Shown: in pieces, positions 52,983-64,000 of the stretch
Layout: each line of letters begins with the position of its first letter
Position numbering within the stretch: the stretch's first letter is position 1
Source of the DNA: Octopus sinensis
Lineage: Eukaryota
NCBI RefSeq assembly: GCF_006345805.1
Contig: NC_043000.1
Span: forward strand, 52,948,001 to 53,012,000
Direction: 5' to 3'
DNA length: 64,000 bases
Translations under genes and position numbers: made by a program
The notes under the pieces: model-generated
What the model was told of the DNA's origin: nothing
Databases searched by the model: none
What the model saw: only the letters and a program-made list of their open reading frames with translations

Positions 52983-53598
52983 AATGGAATCTACTAATTT
53001 TTGGTGTCATTAGAATTTTTATTTTTAGCATTATTTTATTTTGCTTTTAATAAGAACATTACTGTTTGTGTAATATTGACTCTCTATTTGATAGTTAACT
53101 AATTTTAATATACCCGTATGTGTCCCGTTTCATGCTTGTTTCACAAATACAATTTATTTAGAACTGCAATAATAAATATGATTGATTATTATTTGAATAA
53201 GAACAGTAAAATATACATTTGTATTCAACAGCACATCTCTTCAAGGGAGCCAACAGATGCGTTAACACATGATTGCCAACACAATGGGGATGCCAGAACG
53301 GAAATTACTCCAGCATTATAAAGTAAAAAGACGTCTTCAGAACACATTATGATAATATGACATGAAGCTTTCCTTCATGGAAACTAGCTACCATGTATCA
53401 ACAACATCCAAGCGGAAAAACAAAGCATGTAGGGAAACATGAAGTTCTCGTGGATAATGTCAGAATCTATTTCATTTAAAACGTGTTAATTTTTCCCATC
53501 ATATTATTGGTAGAATAGTAAAGTAATTGCTGAATAAATGGAATCTGGAGGAAACCCTTTGTTGATGTTCTATCTAGTCGCCCTGTCGGATCAAGGAG

Positions 53599-53656
<58 letters not shown>

Positions 53657-54046
53657 GCAGGGGCAAAAGAAAGTTTACATTTCAATACACTAGAATCCAT
53701 ACCAGCATAAAGGAAACGGATTTTGGAATATGCATAATAATATATAACGTATGATTAAATGACTATAATTTCCACAATATGAGAATGCGCAACACATAGG
53801 GTCAGATTACTTTGTCTGGTTGTTACTTAATTTTGTATTTTAAAATATAATCTTATATAATATAATATAAGCAGAAATAATGAGAATCGGATCGATTTCA
53901 GGTTTTAAGCTTTAGTCTACAACCAAGCAAAGAAAAAGTTGAATACGGGATCGAATAACACAATTTCGCAAAGCTGTTGCCCTTGTGCCTTAATTGCAAA
54001 CGGATATTATTATCATTGCTGTTGTTGCTGTTCTCATTGTTGTTCA

Positions 54047-54094
<48 letters not shown>

Positions 54095-54097
<3 letters not shown>

Positions 54098-54468
54098 TAG
54101 TTTTATTTTTATAGCGTGCTTTCACTTCACTACCGAGCGCAGCTCTGTGTGCCTTGGGTATGTGCTGTGATTTGTTGTGATGCTCTGATGGTTATTGTAT
54201 GGAAAGTGTTCTGCGTAGGATGTGTGCAGTGCCTAGTAGTGCAATTTTCTGTATGTTATATGTGTTTGTAAGTCCTGGTGTTTTTGTTATGTATTTGTCT
54301 GAATATTTTTTTATCATGCCTAATGCACCTACTATGATAGGAATTGTTTCTGTTTTCAGGTTCCACATTCTAGTTATCTCTATTTCCAGGTCTTTGTATT
54401 TTGAGAGTTTCTCCATTTGAGACACGTTGTCATCTGCCGGTATTGATACATCAATTAGAAAGCATTTT
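54095..54468 (-). mobile_element. R4/Dong 5'-truncated copy: RLE C-terminus plus complete 3'UTR, inserted in (TAA)n
   Basis: CFLIDVSIPADDNVS..EKLSKYKDLEIEITRMWNLKTETIPIIVGALG...QKIALLGTAHILRRTLSIQ*. The 3'UTR runs directly into (AAT)n, and (TAA)n arrays lie on both sides. Confidence 0.92.
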
Positions 54469-54496
54469 TTCTCTTTCTTTCTTCTTCTTCTTCTTC

Positions 54497-54561
<65 letters not shown>

Positions 54562-54569
54562 GTTATTAT

Positions 54570-56870
54570 TATCATTTTATGTTTGACTTTTGCTTTACAT
54601 TTGTATAAGTTGGCGCCTAGTCTCACCTAGAGACCACAAAAGACAACAACTTAGTATTTCCTGTTTAAGAAACCATAAGAAAATTATGTGTTTGTTTTAA
54701 AACTTGAGATTACATAGAAAGTATTTTGTGTAGAATATGGGCAGTTCCTATGAGCACGATCGTTTGAATTTCTGCCATTTTGGGGTTTCCTGGTATCTGA
54801 GCTAGGTAGCAATCAGCCCCTCTCGCTATTTTCATTGGTATTTGTACAAGTTGGCTCCAAGTCAAACCCAGAGATCTCAAGAGGCAACAAGTTAGAAGTT
54901 AAAGTTGGTGTTATGCGTAGGGTGTCATAATATTAGTTTTGCATAAAGTATTCTTCTAGAGAATGTTTAAGAAAAAAAATTATAATTTGGTTTTAAAATT
55001 TGAGATTACATGGACAGTATATTACGTAGGATATGGGCAGTTTCCATGAGCAATATCTTTTGAATTTCTGCTACTTTGGGGTTTCCTAGTACCTAGGGTA
55101 GTTAGGAATCAACCCCTTCTGCCATCATTTCTAGGACACCTGTGACGACAGGTATTGCTTTAGTCTTGAGGTTCCACATTTTGCCAATTTCTCTTTCAAG
55201 ATCATTATACTAGCTAAGTTTTTGGTATGTCTTGACAAATGCATTTATGCTGCTTGGGACATTCGTATCGATGAAGCGGTATGATTTTAGTTTGAACAGC
55301 TTCAATATAACGTCAGGCCTATTCGCATCGATCTTCTTTCAGTTTTAATGGTGAGGTTCCAGAGGTGTGGGATGCCGTCATTTTCAAGCACTGGAGTAGA
55401 CATGTGTTCCCACCAGTTTATATCATGGGATAGGTCCAAGATTTTTGACCTATCCCATGATATAAACTGCCTAGGGAATATATTATGCTGCTCTATCATG
55501 CCGGTTAATATACTCTGTAGGTGCAAGAAAACTGCACGTGGAAACAACATACTCAATGGTTTCCTTTTGTTGTTTACATACACAATATGTTGACCTGGTA
55601 GCTCCCTAAGGAAGGTGGTGATCTTGGGCTGCTATGATAAACTCCTCTCTTTATGATTTAAAGCCACAAGACACTAACCATTGATAGGTAAGGACATTAT
55701 CAACATCGGCATTATTAGCTCTTTTGAAGGCGGCGAGCTGGCAGAAATGTTAGCACGCCGGGTGAAATGCTTAGTGGTATTTCATCTGCCTTTAAATTCT
55801 GAGTTCAAATTCCGCGGAGGTCGACTTTGCTTCTCATCCTTTCGGAGTTCATAAATTAAGTATCAGTTGCGTACTGGGGTCGATTTAATCGACTGCCCCA
55901 CTCCACAAAACTTTCGGGCATTGTACCTAGGGTAGAAATGATTATTAGCTCTCTTTGGCTATTTGCCACTGAGAGGTTTTTCCAACCATTTATCGGTAGG
56001 AATATCTAACGCAGCAGTTTTAGCACGGGCTTTCATACACCTGGCTTTTTCTGTGCTTGCTTTCGGTACGTCTAATTTGCGGATTTGTTGTATTTGGAAT
56101 TCGCTTAGATATTCCTTTGCCTCTTTTGCTACTGAGTATGGTGGTTTCTTGTTTTCGTGATTTAAGACAAGTTTTAACATCCAGCCATCAAAGATTTTCA
56201 GGTAGGTGTTTAAGCCAATTTTAGCAGTATTCATTGTTCACTCCATTTGTAAAACTCCACGGCCACTCTCTTTTGGCAGGTAAATTCGTTCTACATCTGA
56301 CTTAGTATGGTGTATTCTATGCATTGTCATCAACTTTTGTTTTTTCTGTCAAGTTTACATCTTTCAGTAATTGACCAGTTAATGATATTGAAACTGTAAG
56401 TCACGACCGGTATGGCTAAAGTATTGATCTTTTCGATCCTGTTTCTTGCATTCAGCTCCGTCTTGAGTATTGACCTTACACTGCGGTAACATTCTCTCCT
56501 GGTCCTTTCTCTCATCATTGAATGTTTGATTCCATCACCTTCAAATAACCCCTGATAAATGTAGCTCTCCGCTGGTTCTAATTCCTGTATAACATTCTTT
56601 TGACCAATTTTAACGTTGGATGTTTCTGTCATTTTCCCTTTGATAAAGACAGATTTTGCACATTTATCCAGGCCAAATTGCATTCTGATATCATCACTGT
56701 ATTGCTTAATAATTGCTAGTAAGTCCTGTAGTTTTGGGCCATGTTTTACAAAGAGCTTTAAATCACTCATGTAAAAGCGCTGGTTTATATTTTTATCAAA
56801 GATTTTATAACCATATTGTACATCATCGAGCAACTTCGGTATTTACAGCATAAGAGACAATGAAGATACA
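54570..56870 (-). mobile_element. R4/Dong element, 5'-truncated in the RT, with a duplicated 3' end and a SINE insertion
   Basis: FYMSDLKLF (YMDD decayed), GMQFGLDKC-like, LAIPVVTYSFNIINW, DVERIYL...SGRG, KWLEKPL.GK, IIAAQD, RLE remnants, EIQKILLMETAHILR. Confidence 0.9.
55723..55940 (+). mobile_element. Full-length SINE (family 2) with a 12-bp target-site duplication
   Basis: ggcggcgagctggcagaa...ctgagttcaaattcc...ggtcgactttgc. TSD attattagctct at 55711-55722 and 55941-55952. The uninterrupted homologous site is seen at about 61750. Confidence 0.9.
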
Positions 56871-57810
56871 CACATTTTATCGTGGCGGCGCTTGTATTCT
56901 TTTCGGGCAAGGCTGTCACATCCACTTACGAAGTGGGTCACATTTTCCACACTCTTTCCACAGTCTGCATTTCTGGATGTCAGATGATTTATAGACGTTA
57001 TGCTTCACTGAATTGTTAACGAGAGCCTGGTCTTGTGCAGCAATAATAAGGCTTTCGGTGATACGCTTCAAATCACCTCGCTCAAGCCATGCCCATGATG
57101 CTGTATAACCCTTAACGTCTTGTGTATTCCATTCAAACTATCCATACCTTCTCATTTCATGAAGATCTTCTTTTCTCTTCTCCTCAGCGCTTTGGTTAAA
57201 CTCTTCCTTGCCCATCATTTCATCTGCATTTACACTCATATCTTTCATGGCTTATTGCAGCAGGTCTTCATCACTATTTATCATATACTCGGCAAGCGTT
57301 CTCCTTTCACTCTTCATACAATAGCCTATACTAATTAGTCCTCTGCCACCATTCTTTCTTTAATATACAAGCTGTTTATGTTTGATTTAAGGTGTAGCCT
57401 CCCCCATGCAACGTCATCATCTCTCTCGTCTTTCTATCCGGTGTTGATATTTTCTCCTCTTTTCATTTGAGGATAGACGCACCATATCTGACCACCGCAA
57501 CCGCCCAGATATTCATTGCGGTAATCAAAGTTTTGACATTCAGTTTGGATTTCAAAACCATCTTCACCCTTTTTTTTGATACGCCTCGCTTACCTTAACT
57601 TTCATTTCTCTGTGTAGAATGTCATCCAGCTCCAAAATCCCTGAATGTCTGTACCCAATTCCGTCGGGTTCAACCATAGTCCCTCCTGACGGTAACCGAA
57701 ATACTCCGCAGGGTGCTTTCTTCCATCTTTCAAATTGAGTACTGAGCATTTGGCAATCTCGAATTCCATACCGGTGCTCCTAGCACACTTCTGTTTTGTT
57801 TAACGAATCT
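56870..57810 (-). mobile_element. R4/Dong fragment (second family): RT thumb to CCHC zinc knuckle
   Basis: GMEFEIAKCSVL, GYRHSGILELDDILHREMK, AVVRYGA, WLERGDLKRITESLIIAAQDQAL...KCRL. Confidence 0.85.
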
Positions 57811-57819
57811 GTTTTTCAG

Positions 57820-57897
57820 ATATCATCATCATCATCATCCTAATCATCCTCATCATCATCATCAATATTATTATTATTTTTATTATTATTACTATTA

Positions 57898-57955
<58 letters not shown>
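57820..57955. repeat. (CAT)n/(ATT)n microsatellite
   Basis: Directly visible. Confidence 0.95.
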
Positions 57956-57956
<1 letters not shown>

Positions 57957-57989
57957 TCAAATTCATTTACATTCTATTTCATCCTCCGA

Positions 57990-58370
57990 CTGGTTTTCAA
58001 CTAGAGACCTAAGGAACGTATATATTAGATGGAGAGAAATTTCCTGAGAATATGGGCGGTTGATGACAACTCAATATTTTGAGTTTAATAGGTTTCCCAT
58101 GTATCTGATAAAAAAATATTGTCAATAACTTTCTTGATCATTTTCAGAGCACCTACAACAACCGCGATTGTTTTGGTCGTTAATAGTCACGCCTTAGATA
58201 TCTCAATCTGAAGGTCCTCATATTTCGACAGCTATTCAGAATCTTTTGCTGTGATGTTTTCATCAGTAGGCATTGTCATATCATTTGAAGGACATGTTTT
58301 AGTCTGGAATCTTTGATGGCGATGTCTGGTCTGTTACCATTTACTTAACTTTGTGCCTAGGATAAATTCT
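57990..58370 (-). mobile_element. R4/Dong RLE fragment, heavily decayed
   Basis: NRPDIAIKD...DMTMPTDENITAKDSE*LSKYEDLQIEISK...TIAVVVGALKMIKK. Confidence 0.8.
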
Positions 58371-58529
58371 ACTGTTTCGGCTTTCAAACCAAAACTCTGC
58401 ACTCAGTGATGTGTTCGTCTCTTATCTACAACAGCTTCCCCAGCACGGTTTGTGTATTACCCGTGCAACGGTTTTTCTTGTCACAGTCTTGATATTTCCT
58501 TCACACTTTCTTAATCATCTTTTGTTTTA

Positions 58530-58530
58530 C

Positions 58531-58569
<39 letters not shown>

Positions 58570-58692
58570 CAATAATAATAATAATAATAATAATAACAAT
58601 AATAATAATCATAATGATAATAATAATAATAATTATAATAATAATTATTATTATTATTATTTGTAGGAGTAGTAGTAGTAGTAGTAGTAGTA
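58530..58692. repeat. (AAT)n/(AGT)n microsatellite
   Basis: Directly visible. Confidence 0.95.
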
Positions 58693-60719
58693 AGGCCTGG
58701 AATGTCATAAATTTTAAGCATTCCGGACACACTTCCAGGTTCAATAAAACAAATACCAATTTCTATCATTGGAGTGGCAGTAAGCAACAAGACCACTCCT
58801 CGATAATTTCACGCTTTGTGCCTATAGTAGAGAAGGTTGCTTTCACTAATAACTATTATTTTTTGTTGTTGTTTTGTTTTTTGTTATTTAAATCTATCTA
58901 CTATGCGTTTGTTTTATATGGTATTTTGAGGCATCACGATCTATTCCTTGTATAAATTTGCCTTCCGCACTAGTAAAATATTAGCAGACGCTCAGCACTT
59001 CATACAAATCCGATTTTGTTTTTTATCGTTATATCCCGCTATTTAGCTCTTTCCTGCCTTTCGCTAATTGTAAATTCTGTCTTAAGTTCAATGTAATTTA
59101 TCTTCTGCATTCAGTCATATTTCTCGGCATGTAGTTATTTAATCCACGTACAGAATAATTTCTTATGAGATATTAATCATGTCATTAAATCTTACACAAG
59201 TACGTGTACTGTTGTATATTTTAAGCTCCTTTGGCTTATTTCTCTTCTTAAAGAAATAGAGTATTAAGCGCATCTGTATGATAAATCAACACTAGAAACT
59301 CAGCACATTTGTAAAGGATTTCTAAGTATATCAAATTATGTTATATTTTATTTCAGCAGCTGCTTCAGTTTATTTCATGTCATATTTCATACTTATTGTG
59401 TAGGTTTATTGTTATATGCATTACAAATACATATTATCATAGCACGTTCGATGATGAAATAATTCTCTAATTTAACAAAAAAATCATTTTGTTTATTTAA
59501 TTCTTTGTTTTACAACAATGCTTCGTTTTAGTGTTTCCACCTCAGTAAGTGTTGTAAATTGTTTTGCTGTGTAAGAAGCTATAACTTGGAAACTAAGGAA
59601 GATCAATTTGAGGTATTTTCTTGTCCAATCACTGTTACAGCCCTCACTTACTAATCAGCCTTTCTTTGCATTAACGTTTGATTACGTTCTCCATTTAAAC
59701 GCTAAATACCTTTTGTGAAAACTGCAAATATAGAATATACATAATAAAGTTATTGGTAAAAGCAATGTTATTTACTCGGAGTATTTAGGAGATAGTGATA
59801 ATGTAAATTTGAATAGATAGCAGTAATACGGGAAACATACTTTGACAAAATAATGCAAGAGTCTATAGGTATTCATTTTAAAGTTTCGTGTGATCTTTCG
59901 ACAGCTTAACCTCAACGCACAATCAGAAGTCATACACCAAAAATTAGGTTCTGTTATCTGAAAGAATGTATTAATGTTAGTGATGATAATGTTGATTTCT
60001 AGCATCTATGGTATGCATTCATTAACACGTTTGCAATCCATACCGTTTCGCCTTCGTTATTACAAGTTGTTTCGTAGTAGTTGTATACGAAATTTCATTC
60101 TCTGCTGAGTGAATGACTGCATTATTTTTACTAAATGCCAGAATATGTATGTGTTTCGAGACTGTTTCTATGTTTTGTGTATTTTTATCGGTTATGTTCT
60201 TTTTGCATCCTTGATATTGCTCTCGATTCCAGGAAAAACGTTTATGAAATTGTGCTCTAATTATATAGTGAATGTGCTACTTGAGTTATGCTAATGAACT
60301 AAATGTTTCTTGTGTAGGTGTGTGTACTTCATAGTGAAAATATTTTTATTGTGTATAGATTTATTAATAATTGGTATATTGTTGCATTGCTTAATCATTT
60401 ATTTGCTAGTTTTGAACACTTTCTGATATTTGGAGATGTTTATTTGCAATGTATACACTACGCTTTGTCTTATATTCAGAATGGCATGTATAGCTTAGTT
60501 CCTAATTATACTGAATGTAGCCTTTATTTGCCAATTTTTTTCTGGTTCGAAATAAACTGGTCGATTATTTCGTCATTATATTTTTTGCTTGCATTTGTTG
60601 CTTCTTTTCATTCCCTCGCAGCCAAGATCCTTCATTCTGTCCACTCGTGATTGAAAATGATTGCTATCTTCCACATTGGCTCAGTTTCTTTTGTGATAAT
60701 GACTAAGGAAATTTGTTTT

Positions 60720-61124
60720 TCGATACCAAAATCATTGGACGCTGAATATAGATCGAGGTTCAAGATAGGTAGCAATGCTTATAGTAAAAATGACATTGGC
60801 GAAACTACAGAAGTTGGGTTCGGAATTTCTCCACCATCCACTAAACTCACCTGATCTTGCCCTCACTGGCTACCACATCTTCCAGAATTTGGATAACTTT
60901 TTGAAAGGAAAAATAATAGTTTCGACGATGCTGTAAAACAGGCCTTTTCAGAATTGATTGACTCTAGATTGCTAAGATTTTATAGTTCCGGACTGGACAA
61001 GTTACCGCTGAAATGGCAAAAGTGTATTGACAATATGGCTGCAGACTTTGATACAATTCATTGTATTTATAAAAGATTAGCAAACTCTTTTTTCTACAAA
61101 TTTCATACTCGACAACCTAATATA
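60720..61124 (+). mobile_element. Mariner transposase 3' part (cecropia/Hsmar1-like) with right TIR
   Basis: KLQKLGSEFLHHPLNSPDLALTGYHIFQNLDNFLKGK...GLDKLPLKWQKCIDNM (cf. HPPYSPDL..TDYHFF..LDNFL.GK...WQKC.D). TIR-like cgacaacctaata ends at 61124. Confidence 0.85.
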
Positions 61125-61232
61125 TTGAATAAACTGTAGTTTACTCTTTGTAGCATTTTCGTGGAATTTTCTCCACAACTTATCACATACGAAAAACCAA
61201 CTTGCTAAAATGCATCATTTTAAATTGTCATA

Positions 61233-61302
<70 letters not shown>

Positions 61303-61399
61303 ATTATTATTATTTCTTTTTATCGCGGGTTTTGTTGGAACAACTAGTCTTGCATGTGTAGCAGTCTTGCTACATGCAGCCTACGGCACTATGCTATCC

Positions 61400-61880
61400 G
61401 TTCTTTTCAGCTAATACTTGCCTGATTATTCTGGTCATGCCAATGACGCGAAACCCCATTTTCATGGGACAAATCCAGGTTTTTGCAGATTACCCAGTGT
61501 GCAACTCTATCATGCGTGTTGAGATACTCAGTAGGCGCTAGAAGACTGCACTTGGAGACCACATGATCAATGGTTTCATTTTGTTGCTGGCATACACGAC
61601 ACGTTGGGCTACTGCCGATCTTTAATATGTTTGCCTGGTAGTTTCTTGTTGGTAGGCATTGATCTTGAGCTGCTATGATAAACCCCTCTGTTTCAGATTT
61701 TAAGCCAGAGGCCATTAGCCATTGATGGGTCAGGGCTTTGTCAACATCTGCATTATTCGCTCTCTTTGGGTATTCGCCGTAGAGAGGTTTTTCTTGCCAT
61801 TTATCATTCAGAATATCTAAGGCTGCAGATTTAGCACGGGTTTTCATGCGCCTAGCTTTTTCCGTGCTTGTTTCTTGTAT
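61400..61880 (-). mobile_element. R4/Dong fragment (AAQD plus CCHC knuckle), same family as 54570-56870
   Basis: KWQEKPLYGEYP...GLKSETEGFIIAAQDQCLPTRNY...CRVCQQQNETIDHVVSKC. Confidence 0.92.
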
Positions 61881-61899
61881 GTCTATCTCTAATTCCGAA

Positions 61900-62613
61900 A
61901 TTTGTTGTACATGGTAGTGATAGTTCTCAAATCGACAATGCTCTTCTCAATACGTGTGATGTACCAGTTAAGACAATCTTTTGCACTTCTTGCAGGGATG
62001 GTAAACCCTTCTTGATCATTCCTAGTGCTCCTACGATCACTGGTATTGTAACCGCATTGAGATGCCACATTTTCTCAATTTCAATGAGCAGGTCTTTATA
62101 TTTTCTGAGCTTGTCAAACTCTTTCGCCGAGATATTATGATCACAGGGGATGCTCATGTCGATCAGTAAGCAAACGTTATTGTTTTGGTCTTTCACAACA
62201 ATATCCGGTCTATTGGCTTTGATGGTTCGGTCTGTATGTACTGGAAAGTCCCACAGCATCGTTACATTTTCTCCTTCAGTTACAGCTTTAGGGTGGTGAT
62301 TATACCACTTGTCGGCAGTTTTGATATTGTAATACCGACTTATTAGCCAGTGTAGATATTGGTCAACTCTGTCATGTCTTGATTTATACTCCACTGGTGC
62401 TAAAACTTTACATCCAGAGATTAGGTGGTCCACTGTTTCAATCATGTCGTTGCAGAATCGGCATTTTGGATCTGATCCATTTTTCATCACATTGGCCTGG
62501 TAGTTCCAGGTTAATAAGTTTTGATCTTGAGCAGCCAGGATGAAGCCTTCGCTCTCTGCTTTTAGCCCAGAGCTCCGTAGCCACTGATGGGTTTGCTTCT
62601 GGTCAACGTCAGC
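61900..62613 (-). mobile_element. R4/Dong 3' region (AAQD, CCHC knuckle, RLE endonuclease)
   Basis: QWLRSSGLKAESEGFILAAQDQ...CRFCNDMIETVDHLISGC...RHD...LWDFPVHTDRTIKANRPDIVVKD...LIDMSIPCD...KYKDL...IVGALG. The 5' junction abuts (TAA)n. Confidence 0.95.
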
Positions 62614-62672
<59 letters not shown>

Positions 62673-62675
<3 letters not shown>

Positions 62676-62765
62676 TAGTTTTATTTTGATAGCGTGCTTT
62701 CACTTCACTACCGAGCGCAGCTCTGTGTGCCTTGGGTATGTGCTGTGATTTGTTGTGATGCTCTG

Positions 62766-62766
<1 letters not shown>
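62673..62766 (-). mobile_element. 94-bp R4/Dong 3'UTR-only insertion within (TAA)n
   Basis: Matches 54095-54188 with a single mismatch. (ATT)n arrays lie on both sides. Confidence 0.9.
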
Positions 62767-62836
<70 letters not shown>

Positions 62837-62917
62837 CATTATATTTATTGTTTTTGTTCTCCTATTATTATTATTGTTATTATTATTATTATTATTATTA
62901 TATTATTATTATTATTA

Positions 62918-62969
<52 letters not shown>

Positions 62970-62974
62970 CATTG

Positions 62975-63027
<53 letters not shown>

Positions 63028-63080
63028 GTATTATTATTATTATTAGTATTATATTTATTGTTCTTATTATTATTATTTCT
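62767..63080. repeat. Long interrupted (ATT)n array
   Basis: Directly visible. Confidence 0.95.
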
Positions 63081-63099
63081 GCAGCTGTACTAAACTAGG

Positions 63100-64000
63100 T
63101 TTTTTTTCTATTTCCTTTATTTATGACTTCAAATTTTAGGGATAGTTTCCAATGCACATACAACTACTGGGATATATTTTGTCCGCAGGTTCCATTGCTT
63201 CTGTAATTCAGTAGCTAGGCCCTGTTATTTACTATTTTTCTATAACTTCTCACAATAAAGTTTTCATCATTTGGGAATGTAATGTATATTATCTAGCACT
63301 TTCTATTCTCTATTCAATCAGGCCAAAATGATACATTCACTCACTCTGTGAGTGAAGCTTTCTTTTGATTTGCATAGTCTACATTGTGAATCTGCTTGGT
63401 TTTTTTACTATTTTGCCTTCTTACCCTATTAGTCCTCAATGTTTGATCTTGTGCTGCTACTAACAACATTTCTATCTCCCTCTTCAGTGTTCTTTGCTGC
63501 AAATATATCCATGTATCACTACAACTATTTCCTGCAACTAACGTAGGGAATGTAACATGCAACGCCTTCTCCTGCCAATCAGATAATTTCGGCATATTTT
63601 ATAATTCATTAATGCCCTAGGTAGTCTTAGAACCGGCTGCTTTTCACTCACTACTTCTTCCCTCACTTTATTTAACCATATTGAATCTTTATTATGATGG
63701 ACTGGCTCTTCCCAAATATTACTCTAAAACTTTCTAGCTTCTTCTACATTACATTTCTCATCTTCAGTACTTAGTTCTCCACTATTTATTTGGTTATAAA
63801 ATCTGTTGTCTGTCTCAAATAATCTATTCTGTTGATACTGATCTATTATTTTCTGCTTTCTGATGAGCGTGCCTGCTACTGCTGTGATGCGCTGTTTCAA
63901 CACTTCTATGACTGTCCCAAATCCTTTGTCTTTGACTAAGTATCTTTTCTCGAGGCAAGATATTCATCTTGCATTTCCTAAACGCTCAGAGGCTTGCATT
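63100..64000 (-). mobile_element. R4/Dong fragment (third family), continues past the window edge
   Basis: WQEKALH...TLKREIEMLLVAAQDQTLRTN; VVVCALETIPK near the 3' end. Confidence 0.75.

Noticed and set aside
53230-53560. Non-repetitive segment with short ORFs on both strands
   Set aside because: Multiple stops and no recognisable domain.

Overview
AT-rich, microsatellite-dense eukaryotic DNA. The SINE, R4/Dong, Penelope and mariner content looks like a coleoid cephalopod, probably Octopus (inference). I found no intact host protein-coding gene, rRNA, tRNA or CRISPR array, and most ORF-track entries are microsatellite translations. Recognisable content: (1) three decayed mariner transposases; (2) many R4/Dong-clade retrotransposon fragments, stacked between (TAA)n arrays at 54-64 kb; (3) a Penelope-like element (PLE) cluster at 44-51 kb plus scattered pLTR-like modules; (4) a CR1/L2-type RT fragment; (5) two tRNA-type SINE families; (6) several palindromic MITE-like elements. 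The most interesting observations are a set of non-canonical minimal hammerhead-ribozyme motifs in pLTR-like modules that repeatedly form fold-back palindromes ending in (TA)n, one of them apparently intact with a U3:A8 covariation, and an unexplained GC/CpG-rich island at about 29.6-30.8 kb made of degenerate ~425-bp units with an HMG-box-like remnant at its left edge. All alignments were done by eye and element boundaries are approximate unless stated as exact.
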